Shown here: piece by piece, positions 39,401-48,837 of the stretch
How the letters are laid out: each line of letters starts with the position of its first letter
Position numbering within the stretch: the first letter of the stretch is position 1
Virus record (IMG/VR): IMGVR_UViG_3300031962_000001
Span: 1-64,000 of that record
Length of the DNA: 64,000 nt
Source of the DNA: a virus
Direction: 5' to 3' (one strand)
Program-made: the position numbers and the translations under genes
Notes under the pieces: generated by a model
Seen by the model: the letters and a program-made list of their open reading frames with translations, nothing else
Database searches by the model: none
Told to the model about the DNA's origin: nothing

Positions 39401-39739
39401 ACTTGCGTTATAGACGAGCTTAACTTGACAGCTCTGTCGGAGCTGAATGTTACGTTGCAGAAAAACTATACGCTGCTGGAACTGTTCGGCCAGCAATTAG
39501 GCAATGCACAATTGAGCTGGCCTCTGAGGAACACTCTCATCAACCAGTTCAATCTGGCGAATTCCAGCATCACGCCGTTCAAGCTTCAGGCTCTCGGCAA
39601 AGTCTACAATGTCATATTCGCGCAGTCGGCTTCGGCGTTCAGGGCGAAATATATTCCTGGCACTGAGCCTCACGTCTATGAATTGCAGATGATTCTCCAA
39701 TCCAGAAGCGACATATCTACAGGAGCGTTTGGGTTCTAG
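36443..39739 (+). CDS. multidomain tail protein (beta-sandwich domains, short repeats, Thr-rich region)
   Basis: Two N-terminal xDxxG(N/G) beta-sandwich domains; WNxDC(Y/F)V and Y/FxxLxGT(I/L) repeats; long Thr-rich segment. Confidence 0.6.
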   Translation: MPAVYVSSNVSGVSATTSGTLNYGTLASGQTIFLQIAAYGSGNVPSSVTDDKGNTYVQLYTQNFSTSFLGGLGGTITLYYATVKTAGNTTVTVNFASSTTWAMNAIWYLGFNTTPFTLETSASAGGTGTAPNSGATPSNATAGDLLLGLGMTDIAIGNFSNFYSAQGAGYSGSFSDSSGNNVSSIQEFQNAASTTTYSATATLQSSANWVMAVVAIKQTASVPTFVRGYGTVHSAGAGSLGLTGVTLSVGDLGIVCVKWVGTQTISTVADNLGGNVWIAVPNSYQTGAGNFSSQLWYCAKIATGGTATITVTWSATTGSMDIGGAEFTASTIDISSSSQLASSNNITISATPTSASEMLYAFFVGGASTPSILASGFTSAGAAGSFSTQGYMAAGPTGISYPATATQTAPSLFFAAIVALGPSSNSKTWNTDCYVFPFYNSKNWNTDCFVTVPQRSWNVDCYVANPSAITVALTYVSLAGQILFKINVPNGFIGLKGTLNQPVLTYVGLAATIKTQKLPASFTGLAGTIKIKPTPSYTSLKGTINNPTLKSWNSDCFVVVPARIYVSLAGTIVQKLTPTGPPVPTGAFPDSSYVGLRATILSGGSGSIQMPGSGYTTADDWYSSVDAGASYKSGSVFNLSGANLPAGGINLVVTAFTGGVTSFQTRTRNWLRRVDAANSGIVTNTQTNVHTLPNGAVITTTTVTTQNKDVLTTTVTTQSSATPTRTSTVITEKSVGGQTTVREIDTTTINGIVTNVEKKNVFSVPPTYDNPQPLKVTTLDGVIHYQFFSAINAEWAGGEQEGVTNIQTQVQIVPGTLNNSTTDAFGNPILSRVTTSTATTPDGKIITTTTTETGSSTAKDFGTTTVDTINQFNGVQKTVVTKTTYPDGSVVTSNKTTNLLTGDSTETDTETVTDEYGQVTTTVTSIDTKTFADPTTGIERQTVTKTVAVTKGGVTTIDTTVVTNNDFEDSIVSQKVKVYFIQEFTITCVIDELNLTALSELNVTLQKNYTLLELFGQQLGNAQLSWPLRNTLINQFNLANSSITPFKLQALGKVYNVIFAQSASAFRAKYIPGTEPHVYELQMILQSRSDISTGAFGF

Positions 39740-39740
39740 C

Positions 39741-41420
39741 ATGGGAACTGGATTCCAACCTGCCATCTTTTCAGCGGCATCAGAAAATATATTGCTATCC
39801 AGTCTGTCTTCTCTGATGCCGGGAAGCACTATCTTTACAGAAGCCAACGTAGTAGCCATGACGCTGTCCTATACCGCTACGGGAGGCAGCTTCTCTATTT
39901 CATTGCTGAAGGATACCATAGCGCCGTCAAAGATACTTGAAGACATGCTGATAGGACTGCCGTTCGGCAGAACAGGAATCGTCAAGTCTGTATCTAGTGG
40001 CTGGAGCACTGGTGGGATGGTGGATATCCTTTCTGGCCCAGCTCTCACCCTCAATGGCACTGCGCAGACGGCCGCTCAGACTCCTCCAGACGTGCCGAAC
40101 GTTGGCCCAGTTTACGTCTCTCTAGCTGTTCTTGCCAATCAGGTTCTGTATGGATATGGTGGTGGGGGTATAATCGGTGGCACTGGACTTGGATATGGCA
40201 ATGTCGTAGAATGGGCGATGCTGGTTCCGTTCATCAAGCACTTCGCGTTCAGAGGACAAGCTCTGGCTGGCTTGCAGCAAATCGCTTCGATCATGCTGGC
40301 AGACCTGATCGTCAGGAAAGACGGCTATCATTTCGTCAACGCTGGAGCCTATCCGAACGTCTCCAAGAAAATAACCATTTCACAGACAGACGTCATCAAT
40401 GCCAATCAAGCCATGGACTATTCTTCAGACGTGGCTTCCATACTTAATCCAACGCTGCTTCTCATCAACACTGGCCTCCCGCAACAATTCGTCTACGACT
40501 ACGTTCACGCGCAGAAGCAGCCAAAGTTCACGGTTTCTGCAGGAGCGCCCAGCACTCTAGGAGCTACGGATTTCATACCGATACCGGATGGTTGGCTTGT
40601 AGATGGCAATTACGAAGAATGGACTCCGGCTAATCCTAGCGATCTTACCAATCCTAATGCTAGCGTCACAAATGGTAGATACTGGAAACAGTTCCCTTCT
40701 CCCACCAATCCAAATATGATGAGAGGCATCACAAACTTCACGCGTCTGGTGAAGCAGATAGTGATACCAGGAAATGTGTCTTCTTTCATTGGCTCGCCAA
40801 TTACTGGATTGACCAAACAGGGAGGGCCATTTGAATTCGCTTTCAACGATTACACTTCGAACCAGGGGATCTATGGACTAGACTCTAGTAGCAGTGCGAC
40901 TGGCGTCACATTGTTTGACATCATAAGTCACCAGTTTCTTACGTTTCCAAATGCTATAGTGCTAATACCTCAGGGCGGTGGCACAAGCGGTGATGCGGCT
41001 TCTAGTTTCTACAGCATCACGATGGAACAGTGGACATTCCCGTTAGTGAACCCTCAAACTTTTACGCTTGGCACTCCACTGCCTCCTTCCAATGTCGCCA
41101 TCGTGACACCGAACTCCAATATCCAGAACGGGCAGAATGGATACTGGTTGTTGTATCTCTACAACTACCAAAAGCTCAATTCGCCGAGACTTAGAACATC
41201 GGTCGCCGCCGTCTACAGAAATACGCTGCCTGAAGTCGGAGATCATCTGTTCGTGAACGGTTTGACGTACGCAGATTGTGGCAGAATCCAGACAGTGAAC
41301 GTCAGCTTCTCCAGGACCGGCGGAGTGGTGCTCAACCTGACCGCTGAGCTCTATCAAGCCAAGAAAGGAAAATGGTCTCTCAGTCCTGGCGGAGCCGTAA
41401 TTGGCGGCGGATTGCCGTAG
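39741..41420 (+). CDS. tail tip/hub-like protein
   Basis: Position; GGSFSISL N-terminus; PEVGD...RIQTVNVSFS..GVVLNLTAE C-terminus typical of hub proteins. Confidence 0.5.
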   Translation: MGTGFQPAIFSAASENILLSSLSSLMPGSTIFTEANVVAMTLSYTATGGSFSISLLKDTIAPSKILEDMLIGLPFGRTGIVKSVSSGWSTGGMVDILSGPALTLNGTAQTAAQTPPDVPNVGPVYVSLAVLANQVLYGYGGGGIIGGTGLGYGNVVEWAMLVPFIKHFAFRGQALAGLQQIASIMLADLIVRKDGYHFVNAGAYPNVSKKITISQTDVINANQAMDYSSDVASILNPTLLLINTGLPQQFVYDYVHAQKQPKFTVSAGAPSTLGATDFIPIPDGWLVDGNYEEWTPANPSDLTNPNASVTNGRYWKQFPSPTNPNMMRGITNFTRLVKQIVIPGNVSSFIGSPITGLTKQGGPFEFAFNDYTSNQGIYGLDSSSSATGVTLFDIISHQFLTFPNAIVLIPQGGGTSGDAASSFYSITMEQWTFPLVNPQTFTLGTPLPPSNVAIVTPNSNIQNGQNGYWLLYLYNYQKLNSPRLRTSVAAVYRNTLPEVGDHLFVNGLTYADCGRIQTVNVSFSRTGGVVLNLTAELYQAKKGKWSLSPGGAVIGGGLP

Positions 41421-41429
41421 GAGGAAGAC

Positions 41430-41687
41430 ATGCCAGAAGGAAGCCCATTGCGTCTAGCGCTCAAACAGCTTATCCAAGAAGTACTAGACGAGAACTCAAC
41501 TCAAACTACCGGAGACTTGCAGCCAACGCAAGGAACTGTAATCAACATCAACGACGATGGTACGGTGGATGTCCAAGCATCAGATCAGACATTTTATGGA
41601 GTTGGCTATCCAGACCCGAATGTGGTGATCGGCACGATAGTCATAGTCGTGACTGGTGACGGAGTGACGGCGGCGATACCACAATGA
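41430..41687 (+). CDS. small OB-fold-like tail spike protein
   Basis: GTVININDDGTVDV motif, also present at the N-terminus of the next gene (VISLNDDGTV). Confidence 0.45.
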   Translation: MPEGSPLRLALKQLIQEVLDENSTQTTGDLQPTQGTVININDDGTVDVQASDQTFYGVGYPDPNVVIGTIVIVVTGDGVTAAIPQ

Positions 41688-43438
41688 GTGGACCTCTAAG
41701 AGAGAAATTCAAAGAACTGATACGAAGCAGTCTGTCATCTCAGGCTACTTTTGATACACCGACATACTCCCTTGCGAGCGTGATCAGTCTCAATGACGAC
41801 GGAACGGTCTTAGCGGCAGATAGCAGGGGAAACCAATTCACAGCATTCCCAAAGTATCCGGTCGTGATTGGACAGAATGTCATACTGGTAAACGATGGCC
41901 AAGGAAATATCTCAGCTGTCCCCGTAGGCGCTTCAGTGCAGCCAACAGAAGTCATACATCCTCCATTTTTCAGCGGTAAGATTCAGACTCTATTCACTGG
42001 GCAAATTGGGCCTGGAGCTTTTGGAAACAATTCACTTTTTGACAATCAATTGGATATTCTAGTGCAACAGGCTGGTAGCAATAAAGTCATAGCCATTAGA
42101 GCTAGGGACATTCTGAAATCTGCCGATTACGCCGAAGCGCTCCTGGCAAGCCAAGCTGGGACTTGTTTTGTACCAATGGCAGTGTCTACCGATCACAGAA
42201 CTATGGCGATAATTTATCCCGCTTATGTCTCTCATGATGGATACGGCACTCCTTTCTACGTGATATTTCTAGACATTTCTGGATTGACTGCTGGAAATGT
42301 ATTAAGCGCCCCACTCGGGATCTACGCTCCATCTGCTATCAAAATTATAAGTTACAATTCTGGTCCCTACTCTCCTGGACCATACTTGTTTCCTCTCAAT
42401 CCGGCTACTGGACAATCTCTAGCAACAGTCTTCGTCAGCAATTTTTCATTGGCGAGTCCTTCATTGGCGTATTTATTCTATTTTCATTCTATAGGATCAG
42501 AACTATTGGTCACTATAGCTAATCTGGCTTCTGGACAGGGTTCGGACGTATTAGGACAAGCTGGCATAGATAGTTTTACTATACCAGCTTATCCGAATGG
42601 AAATTTTGTGGGCGATTTGGTTTTCGGGCCTTTCCAGAATCCATTGGATCTCAGGTTCCTACTTAACTATGCTTGGTATCTTCCGAACTACCCGTTCCTC
42701 AGTGGCACAGACAATGCAAATCAGATATTCTTGTCTATTGTGAATGCTGCGTTCGATGGAAATTCCTTGGGTATTCTACTTCAGTTAGATACTTCTCAAC
42801 CATACCACCACACTGTTGGTCAGTTTCCAGGCTACATTGGAAGTTTTACTCCTGTCTACTCACCTAGTCCACTCGTCAGTCATACCAGTGATAGTACCAA
42901 TGGCGCCATACTTCAGAACAATCTCGTACAAACTCAAAATTCCAATTCTGAGAACTTTTGGATAGGTCTATACAAACTAGACAATCACACTGGAACTCCT
43001 GCAATACTAAACACGGCTCTTCTCTATAGGGGAATGGTCTCAAAACCACCGGGCTTAGACTACATCACATTGCCATTGGACAGCTCTATACAATCAGGCC
43101 CTCCCAGTGGTGGAATTGCTCCTAACACTCAAAGAACCATACTTCCCACCCAGATGGCGGTGATAAATACAAAATTCTATGCGATAGACTATTCTGACTG
43201 CGATGTCTCTGGTGGAACCTACTGGCTGCCGAAACTGTATCAGTTATCAGAGTTTCAAGGTCCTCTAGGAACTACTCTCACTCTGCCAAGCATCCCATCG
43301 AAACCAGCGCCCATCCTAAGAAATATCAGCCCCGGATTTGTAGACCAAGACGCTATCAGACTATTTTCTAAATCTATAGACGGAACAGGATTGTATCAGT
43401 ATTTGAACATATTCAAGATGGAAATGGCAAAACCATAA
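41684..43438 (+). CDS. putative receptor-binding/tail spike protein
   Basis: OB-like N-terminus followed by an AT-richer, variable-looking C-terminal region. Confidence 0.45.
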   Translation: MSGPLREKFKELIRSSLSSQATFDTPTYSLASVISLNDDGTVLAADSRGNQFTAFPKYPVVIGQNVILVNDGQGNISAVPVGASVQPTEVIHPPFFSGKIQTLFTGQIGPGAFGNNSLFDNQLDILVQQAGSNKVIAIRARDILKSADYAEALLASQAGTCFVPMAVSTDHRTMAIIYPAYVSHDGYGTPFYVIFLDISGLTAGNVLSAPLGIYAPSAIKIISYNSGPYSPGPYLFPLNPATGQSLATVFVSNFSLASPSLAYLFYFHSIGSELLVTIANLASGQGSDVLGQAGIDSFTIPAYPNGNFVGDLVFGPFQNPLDLRFLLNYAWYLPNYPFLSGTDNANQIFLSIVNAAFDGNSLGILLQLDTSQPYHHTVGQFPGYIGSFTPVYSPSPLVSHTSDSTNGAILQNNLVQTQNSNSENFWIGLYKLDNHTGTPAILNTALLYRGMVSKPPGLDYITLPLDSSIQSGPPSGGIAPNTQRTILPTQMAVINTKFYAIDYSDCDVSGGTYWLPKLYQLSEFQGPLGTTLTLPSIPSKPAPILRNISPGFVDQDAIRLFSKSIDGTGLYQYLNIFKMEMAKP

Positions 43439-43447
43439 GGAGGCAGT

Positions 43448-43867
43448 ATGAACAATCAGACAGCACAACAATTAGTAGCACTCATTTCACAGTATTTTTC
43501 AAGTGGAACGCTGGCGGTCGTTATTGTCGCTGTAGTTCAATGGATTAAAGACAGTCCGCTTTTCCCGAAGATTACTCAAGACACGACAAGAATCAATCAG
43601 GTTCTTGGAGCGGTGCTCGCATTCTTTGCTTCTGTAGGCGTTTCGTGGGGTGTGACCGGACATGTCGTATCGATAACATTCGACTATATTATCGTGCTCC
43701 ACGGATTATGGCATTGGGTTCAACAGCTGGCTCTTCAGCATTTCGTCTATCATGGGTTCCTGAAACCGACAATCCTGCAGAAACAGCTCTTAGATAAAGT
43801 GACACCAGCGTCTAATCCTCCTGTTTCTCCTGCTCCAGCTCCGACCAACTTGAAAACTAATCGCTAG
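43448..43867 (+). CDS. holin-like membrane protein
   Basis: Two to three hydrophobic segments; last gene of the tail module; AGGAGG RBS. Confidence 0.5.
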   Translation: MNNQTAQQLVALISQYFSSGTLAVVIVAVVQWIKDSPLFPKITQDTTRINQVLGAVLAFFASVGVSWGVTGHVVSITFDYIIVLHGLWHWVQQLALQHFVYHGFLKPTILQKQLLDKVTPASNPPVSPAPAPTNLKTNR

Positions 43868-44043
43868 GGAGCTCCTAGGAACGTTTTAGAAATTCCCAGC
43901 CTTACCCTACGTAGGAAAATTTATTCTGCGCCAGTGGCCGCTGGTATCGTGGCAAAGTCCATTCTGGATTGCGATTTCCGCCGCCTAGGACGGCTTAAAC
44001 CGGGCCTAGGGAACTCCTCGTCTGGTGAAGAAAACCTCTCCAG

Positions 44044-44055
44044 TCGTGTTTCATA
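44044..44055 (+). promoter_or_regulatory. TCGTGTTTCATA motif, copy 1 (putative phage promoter/operator)
   Basis: Identical 12-mer at 47468 and 58174, each just upstream of an RBS. Confidence 0.6.
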
Positions 44056-44072
44056 GTAGTAGGGAGAGGTAG

Positions 44073-44399
44073 ATGCTAGAAAACAGGGAAGTTCCAATCA
44101 GCAAGCTGACCACTGGGCAGGACTTCACGCTCGTGCTGAACGCCACTAGCAAAAGACGCATCAAAGGCCGATTAGTAGACCTCAGCTCTTGCAGCGCCAC
44201 AGTGATTCTGGACAATACTCTCAGTGAAAAGCTTCACTGGTCTACCAACAAGAGGCTTCACTGGTCCGTGAATACTCCCGTGATTCCTGGCAATAACATC
44301 AGAAAGAGATTCCCCAGAACTCCTGAGCGGTTCCCACGATCTCCGGTTTACAGATATCCGAGACTGCGAAAAGGCGAAGTGATGAGGTATCCACGATGA
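44073..44399 (+). CDS. small beta-barrel-like protein with R(F/Y)PR x4 tail
   Basis: GGAGAGG RBS; C-terminus RKRFPRTPERFPRSPVYRYPRLRKGEVMRYPR. Confidence 0.7.
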   Translation: MLENREVPISKLTTGQDFTLVLNATSKRRIKGRLVDLSSCSATVILDNTLSEKLHWSTNKRLHWSVNTPVIPGNNIRKRFPRTPERFPRSPVYRYPRLRKGEVMRYPR

Positions 44400-45880
44400 T
44401 TCGCCTGTACGCTTACGATTCGCAGACGTTCTTTGAAGGAAAGAAATACGAGCTAGAAGAGCTATACCAGTTTCTGCGTATCGAAGACAAGAACCAGTTC
44501 TGGAAGGCGCGGTATCTTCTCAAGAAATTCGCGTATTTCAGAAGCGTCGAAGACGAAGCTAAGCGAAGCAAAGAAATCGAAAAAATCCATGAACAAGCCA
44601 AATGGATGAAATTCTACGATGGGCGCTCCAAGTCGTTCTTGTCAGGATTGCTGCCAAGAGTCTTAAAGCAGCTTAAGAAAAACGATATCCGATTCAAACT
44701 TGAAGACAACAGAACCAAATTCGACAAGGAATTCAAGCCTATAAAGAAATTCAGCTTCGATGTAGAATTCCGTCCAGAGCAAGTCGTGGCTGTGAACGCC
44801 GCTCTGAAACGCAAGCGAGGAATTCTACACTGTGCGACAAATGCTGGCAAGACGGCGATGGCGGCAGCTATAATCACGGAATACGAAAAGCTCTTTGGTA
44901 TGCCAAAAGTCCTGTATCTTGTCCACAGAGTTCAGCTTGTCAATCAGACCGCTAAGAGGTTCAAGGAATATTTCGATATTCCGGTAGAAACCATCGGCGC
45001 TGGAAAGAAGAAGATTCCTAAGACTGGCGTTTTGTCTGCTACAGTCCAGACTGCGAGCAAGCTGCTTGACGAGGATGACAGGTTTGACAAATTTCTGGAA
45101 AATTGCAACATCATGTTCATCGACGAGTTTCATACGAACAAGGCGAGGCTCTGCACAGAGATTGCGAAAGCCTGTTTCGCTCCGATGCGCTTCGGTCTAT
45201 CAGGCACGATAGATGAAGACAACATGGTCAAGATGATGCACTACAAGGGAATCACTGGGCCAATCGTAGCGAGAGTCAGCAATGAGGAGCTCGTAAATCT
45301 AGGAAGATCTGCTAGACCGATAGCGAGGTTCGTAGAAGTGGACGCTCCGACAGTACCGAAGAGCCTGAAATACACTGGAGCTTATAGATTCGGTATCGTG
45401 CGCAACGAAGTGCGAAATTCATTAGTGCTAAGCGAGGTGCTTGGCCATCTTGACAAGGAACGCTCGGTTCTAGTCACTGTCGCCAGAATCAAGCATGGCA
45501 TTATCCTGAAGAAATTGCTGGAATCTAAGATAGACGTGCCAGTAAAATTCTTATCTGGAAGCACGCCGATACCAGTCAGGAATAAAGTGATAGGTAAATT
45601 CAGGAAAGGGAAAGTTTCAGTGCTGATTGCAAGCCCAATCTTTGACACAGGCGTCGATATTCCAGAAATAGACAGCTGGGTCAATGCGGCCGGAGGCAAA
45701 GGCTGGGAGCTAGTCTTGCAGAGGCTTGGCAGAGTCTTGCGCAAGAAGAAAGGAGAGAATCGAGTCTACATTTCGGACTTCGTCGATAAGCACAATCGGT
45801 ATTTGATGAAACACTCGCTGGCGAGAATCGAGCACTATCAGAAGGAAAAGATTGTAGAAATAGAAATCGTCGGAGACTAA
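44396..45880 (+). CDS. superfamily 2 DNA helicase (UvsW/XPB-like)
   Basis: ATNAGKT, DEFH, GLSGT, FDTGVDIPEI, QRLGRVLR. Confidence 0.92.
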   Translation: MIRLYAYDSQTFFEGKKYELEELYQFLRIEDKNQFWKARYLLKKFAYFRSVEDEAKRSKEIEKIHEQAKWMKFYDGRSKSFLSGLLPRVLKQLKKNDIRFKLEDNRTKFDKEFKPIKKFSFDVEFRPEQVVAVNAALKRKRGILHCATNAGKTAMAAAIITEYEKLFGMPKVLYLVHRVQLVNQTAKRFKEYFDIPVETIGAGKKKIPKTGVLSATVQTASKLLDEDDRFDKFLENCNIMFIDEFHTNKARLCTEIAKACFAPMRFGLSGTIDEDNMVKMMHYKGITGPIVARVSNEELVNLGRSARPIARFVEVDAPTVPKSLKYTGAYRFGIVRNEVRNSLVLSEVLGHLDKERSVLVTVARIKHGIILKKLLESKIDVPVKFLSGSTPIPVRNKVIGKFRKGKVSVLIASPIFDTGVDIPEIDSWVNAAGGKGWELVLQRLGRVLRKKKGENRVYISDFVDKHNRYLMKHSLARIEHYQKEKIVEIEIVGD

Positions 45881-45881
45881 G

Positions 45882-46067
45882 ATGCTTAAAGTCTGTCAGT
45901 TTTGCAAGTATCCGTTCGTGAGTCCTGTCATCATCAAGGACAAGATATACGAAGACGGAACGCACTATCAGCAAATCTCGTGCCGAATGTGCGGAGCGAC
46001 TGTCGAAGTGACGATGAAAATTTTGCATGGGCCAGTCAGGAAGATAGAACCAAACAGCAGCACCTAG
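45882..46067 (+). CDS. small zinc-ribbon protein
   Basis: CQFC...CRMC. Confidence 0.55.
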   Translation: MLKVCQFCKYPFVSPVIIKDKIYEDGTHYQQISCRMCGATVEVTMKILHGPVRKIEPNSST

Positions 46068-46076
46068 GAGGAAGAA

Positions 46077-46466
46077 ATGACAATTCAGCAGCCGGACAGG
46101 AAGACGGTATTTGACTTGGAGCAAATCATCAAAAGATGTTTTGAAGAATCTACGAAAGCTGGTGACATTCAAGTTTTGGACGAACACAATACTGAAATAG
46201 CTACGTTCGAAGTTCCAGCTTTGGAAGATAGAACCAACATAACTCTTTTGGTCAACATCGACAATGTCGCTATTCACATTTCTAGGACTATCATCGGCGA
46301 GCTTTACGAGCTGGAAGTCGTGAGGAAACTGGCCCCGTTCTTTCGGCAGTTCCGGAGCATGGAGCGAGACTTGATGTATCTTGAGGAACGCCAAGCTGCC
46401 GATACCGCAATGCTTGGACTCAGGATCACTCCTCCAGAACCTGCAAAGAAGGAGGAGAAGCCATGA
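46077..46466 (+). CDS. hypothetical protein
   Basis: AGGAGG RBS; 129 aa. Confidence 0.65.
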   Translation: MTIQQPDRKTVFDLEQIIKRCFEESTKAGDIQVLDEHNTEIATFEVPALEDRTNITLLVNIDNVAIHISRTIIGELYELEVVRKLAPFFRQFRSMERDLMYLEERQAADTAMLGLRITPPEPAKKEEKP

Positions 46467-46594
46467 AACCGAAAGTATGGTGGCAAGATGAGGAAATATT
46501 CGAGCAGTACAAGCGCAGGAAGAAGCGAGTGCTCAAAAAGCTGAAGGCGAAAATGAAGATCGTGTTCAAGAAGAAACACAAGAAAGAGGAATAA
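46463..46594 (+). CDS. small basic protein (43 aa, not in the ORF track)
   Basis: GGAGGAG RBS; ATGA overlap; MKPKVWWQDEEIFEQYKRRKKRV... Confidence 0.55.
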   Translation: MKPKVWWQDEEIFEQYKRRKKRVLKKLKAKMKIVFKKKHKKEE

Positions 46595-46599
46595 ATTTC

Positions 46600-46805
46600 C
46601 TCACGCGTATATATGTAGCGATCACGATCGCGTACGTGATCACGTACATAGTTCGTCCAAATTTAGCTCAGCTCGACTAAAGTCTCGCTGATACTCTAAG
46701 ATATTGCTCGCTTACTCCGTAAGCTCGCTAATATCTTAGAGTATCTTCAAATAAAGAATACGTGAACTGTCGGTAATGTAACGTGAACTCTCACAGATGT
46801 AACGC
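46600..46805. other. palindrome/inverted-repeat cluster, candidate replication origin
   Basis: 16-bp palindrome 46632-46647; perfect 16-bp inverted repeat 46690-46705/46730-46745; ACGTGAACT x2 and ATGTAACG x2; lies among replication genes. Confidence 0.5.
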
Positions 46806-46816
46806 CGGGGGCGAAA

Positions 46817-47467
46817 ATGCGTCGTCGCAGAAGAAAAAAGCCGCGTCGGTTTCCTAGACTCGATGTTCCGCTAGAGCTTAGGCACTACGAAAGAATCTTG
46901 AGAAGTGTATACAACGAGTTAGCAATCAGACGCGACAAGCGGAAAATGTTTTTCCAGTTCGATGTTTACAGGACTAAGAGAGCTGGCAGAGCGGCAATCG
47001 CGTTTCTGGATTTGGCAAAGCTCCTCAAGAATCACAATATCGATCCTGGCTTGTATTTGAAAATCATGTGCAGATATGGCAAGTACAAAGAATCCACGTG
47101 GATGCCAAGTCCAGTGTGGCTTGCTAAAAAATCTACGCTGGAAAATTTCAAATGGGTCTATCGTAGGGAAGAGAGAAGTTATCCTTTGCATCTGCAATTC
47201 AAAAAGGAAATTTCTGGCTGGAGTATTTTCGACATCTACGCTTCGGTTAGAGATTCTGCAAGCATGTATCGGGACGCAGTCGAAAAAGTCGGGCTGCATC
47301 CGGACATGGCGACGGTTATGCTCAAGAAAGATCTGAGTCCATGGTTCATGGCAACGTCGCTTCTGATTTCTAAGGACAGCAAAGATTTCCTAGAATGCCT
47401 AGACCTGCTACGTAAAAACAAGAAGCTAAAAAAACTTGTGTTCAAGGCGTACAAGAAATCTTTCTAG
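46817..47467 (+). CDS. hypothetical replication-associated protein
   Basis: 216 aa, basic N-terminus with RFPR; directly upstream of the helicase. Confidence 0.6.
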   Translation: MRRRRRKKPRRFPRLDVPLELRHYERILRSVYNELAIRRDKRKMFFQFDVYRTKRAGRAAIAFLDLAKLLKNHNIDPGLYLKIMCRYGKYKESTWMPSPVWLAKKSTLENFKWVYRREERSYPLHLQFKKEISGWSIFDIYASVRDSASMYRDAVEKVGLHPDMATVMLKKDLSPWFMATSLLISKDSKDFLECLDLLRKNKKLKKLVFKAYKKSF

Positions 47468-47479
47468 TCGTGTTTCATA
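47468..47479 (+). promoter_or_regulatory. TCGTGTTTCATA motif, copy 2
   Basis: Upstream of the GGGAGG RBS of the DnaB-like gene. Confidence 0.6.
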
Positions 47480-47496
47480 TAGCTAGGGAGGAAGGC

Positions 47497-48837
47497 GTGT
47501 CTGAGGAATATTCATGGAGTGAAAGTTTTCAACGCAAGTTGCTGGCTCTATACGTCCGCATACCGAACAAAACTTTTTCGATCATAGAGCCAAGCTATTT
47601 CACGAGTCCTGTCCACAGTGAGATAGCGAAGGTGGCTTCCAGCGTTTACAACGGACACAACAAAGCCGAAGTCAGAATCTCCAAGCCGACGCTGATTTCT
47701 CTAGTGCGAGGATATCTCGGCAAGAAGCGAGCGGAAGTCTGGCCTGGATACCGCAAGGAAATTCGGGACATCTACGAAGACGAACTCAAAGACAAAGACG
47801 TAATCCTTGGTCAAGCTCTGGCTTTCGCAAAAGAGCAGAAGTTCAGAGAGACACTAGTCCAAGCGGAAAAGGACATCAATGCAAAGCAATTCGACAGAGC
47901 GATAGCACGCTTCGACAAGATGAAAGGATTTGGGGAAGATAGAGACGTAGGGCTGGAATTTTGGAGGAATGTGAAAACTTCTAAGCGTTGGTTGGAAGAC
48001 AGAATGGGTCTGGTGGGCACATTCTATTTCAAAAAACTCGATAAGATGATGGGCGGTGGATTGGGTGGAGGAGAGCTTGGCATTGTCTTGGCTGGCGGCA
48101 AAGTTGGCAAATCTACGATACTCGCTAGGTTCGCGGCTGGTGCAATGTGGCAGGGGAAGAACGCCGCAATAGCGACTGGAGAACTCTCAGACAAGAAGTA
48201 TCGCAAACGCATAGACTCGATGTTCACTGTGATTCCTGGTTGGAAGCTCACGAAATACAGCAAGGGATTCATGGAAGACAACAAGAAGCTCACTAGATCT
48301 CTGGAGAAAGCGCAACGCAGATTGGAGCTGACGAAGAAGCAGGCGAAAGGAAGCCTCTGGATAAAACAGTGGCCTACGAACAAAGGCAAAGTCTCAGACA
48401 TCGAAAACTGGCTCGATGCCCTGAAAGAAAACGGAGTAGAAATTGATATTCTGTTTGTGGACTATGTCCGAGTGTTTCGGCCTAGCGAGAAATTCGATGA
48501 GCAGAGGCTCTCGATCGGAGCGGTCTGCATGGACTTGCGTGGCATCGCAGTGGCTAGAAATATTCCTGTGTGGACAGCGGCGCAGACAAACAGAGCGGCG
48601 CTATCCAAAGCAAGCATCGGTGCGGAGGATATGGCAGAGGACATTAGCCAATTCTGGACTCTGGATTTCTTGGTAGCCTTGTGCCAAACGGAGAACGAAT
48701 CGTTGAAGGACCCTGAGCGAGCAAGACTATTTCTAACGGCGGCAAGAGACGCTGGCAGAGGTGGCATTGTAAACATCAAACTGAAGCGCGACATCTTCAG
48801 AGTCTGGGAACAAGAGGACGGTAGACATAGGTCATGA
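47497..48837 (+). CDS. dnaB: DnaB-like replicative helicase (SF4)
   Basis: GELGIVLAGGKVGKS, ILFVDY, IPVWTAAQTNR, DMAEDIS; GTG start after GGGAGG. Confidence 0.88.
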   Translation: MSEEYSWSESFQRKLLALYVRIPNKTFSIIEPSYFTSPVHSEIAKVASSVYNGHNKAEVRISKPTLISLVRGYLGKKRAEVWPGYRKEIRDIYEDELKDKDVILGQALAFAKEQKFRETLVQAEKDINAKQFDRAIARFDKMKGFGEDRDVGLEFWRNVKTSKRWLEDRMGLVGTFYFKKLDKMMGGGLGGGELGIVLAGGKVGKSTILARFAAGAMWQGKNAAIATGELSDKKYRKRIDSMFTVIPGWKLTKYSKGFMEDNKKLTRSLEKAQRRLELTKKQAKGSLWIKQWPTNKGKVSDIENWLDALKENGVEIDILFVDYVRVFRPSEKFDEQRLSIGAVCMDLRGIAVARNIPVWTAAQTNRAALSKASIGAEDMAEDISQFWTLDFLVALCQTENESLKDPERARLFLTAARDAGRGGIVNIKLKRDIFRVWEQEDGRHRS

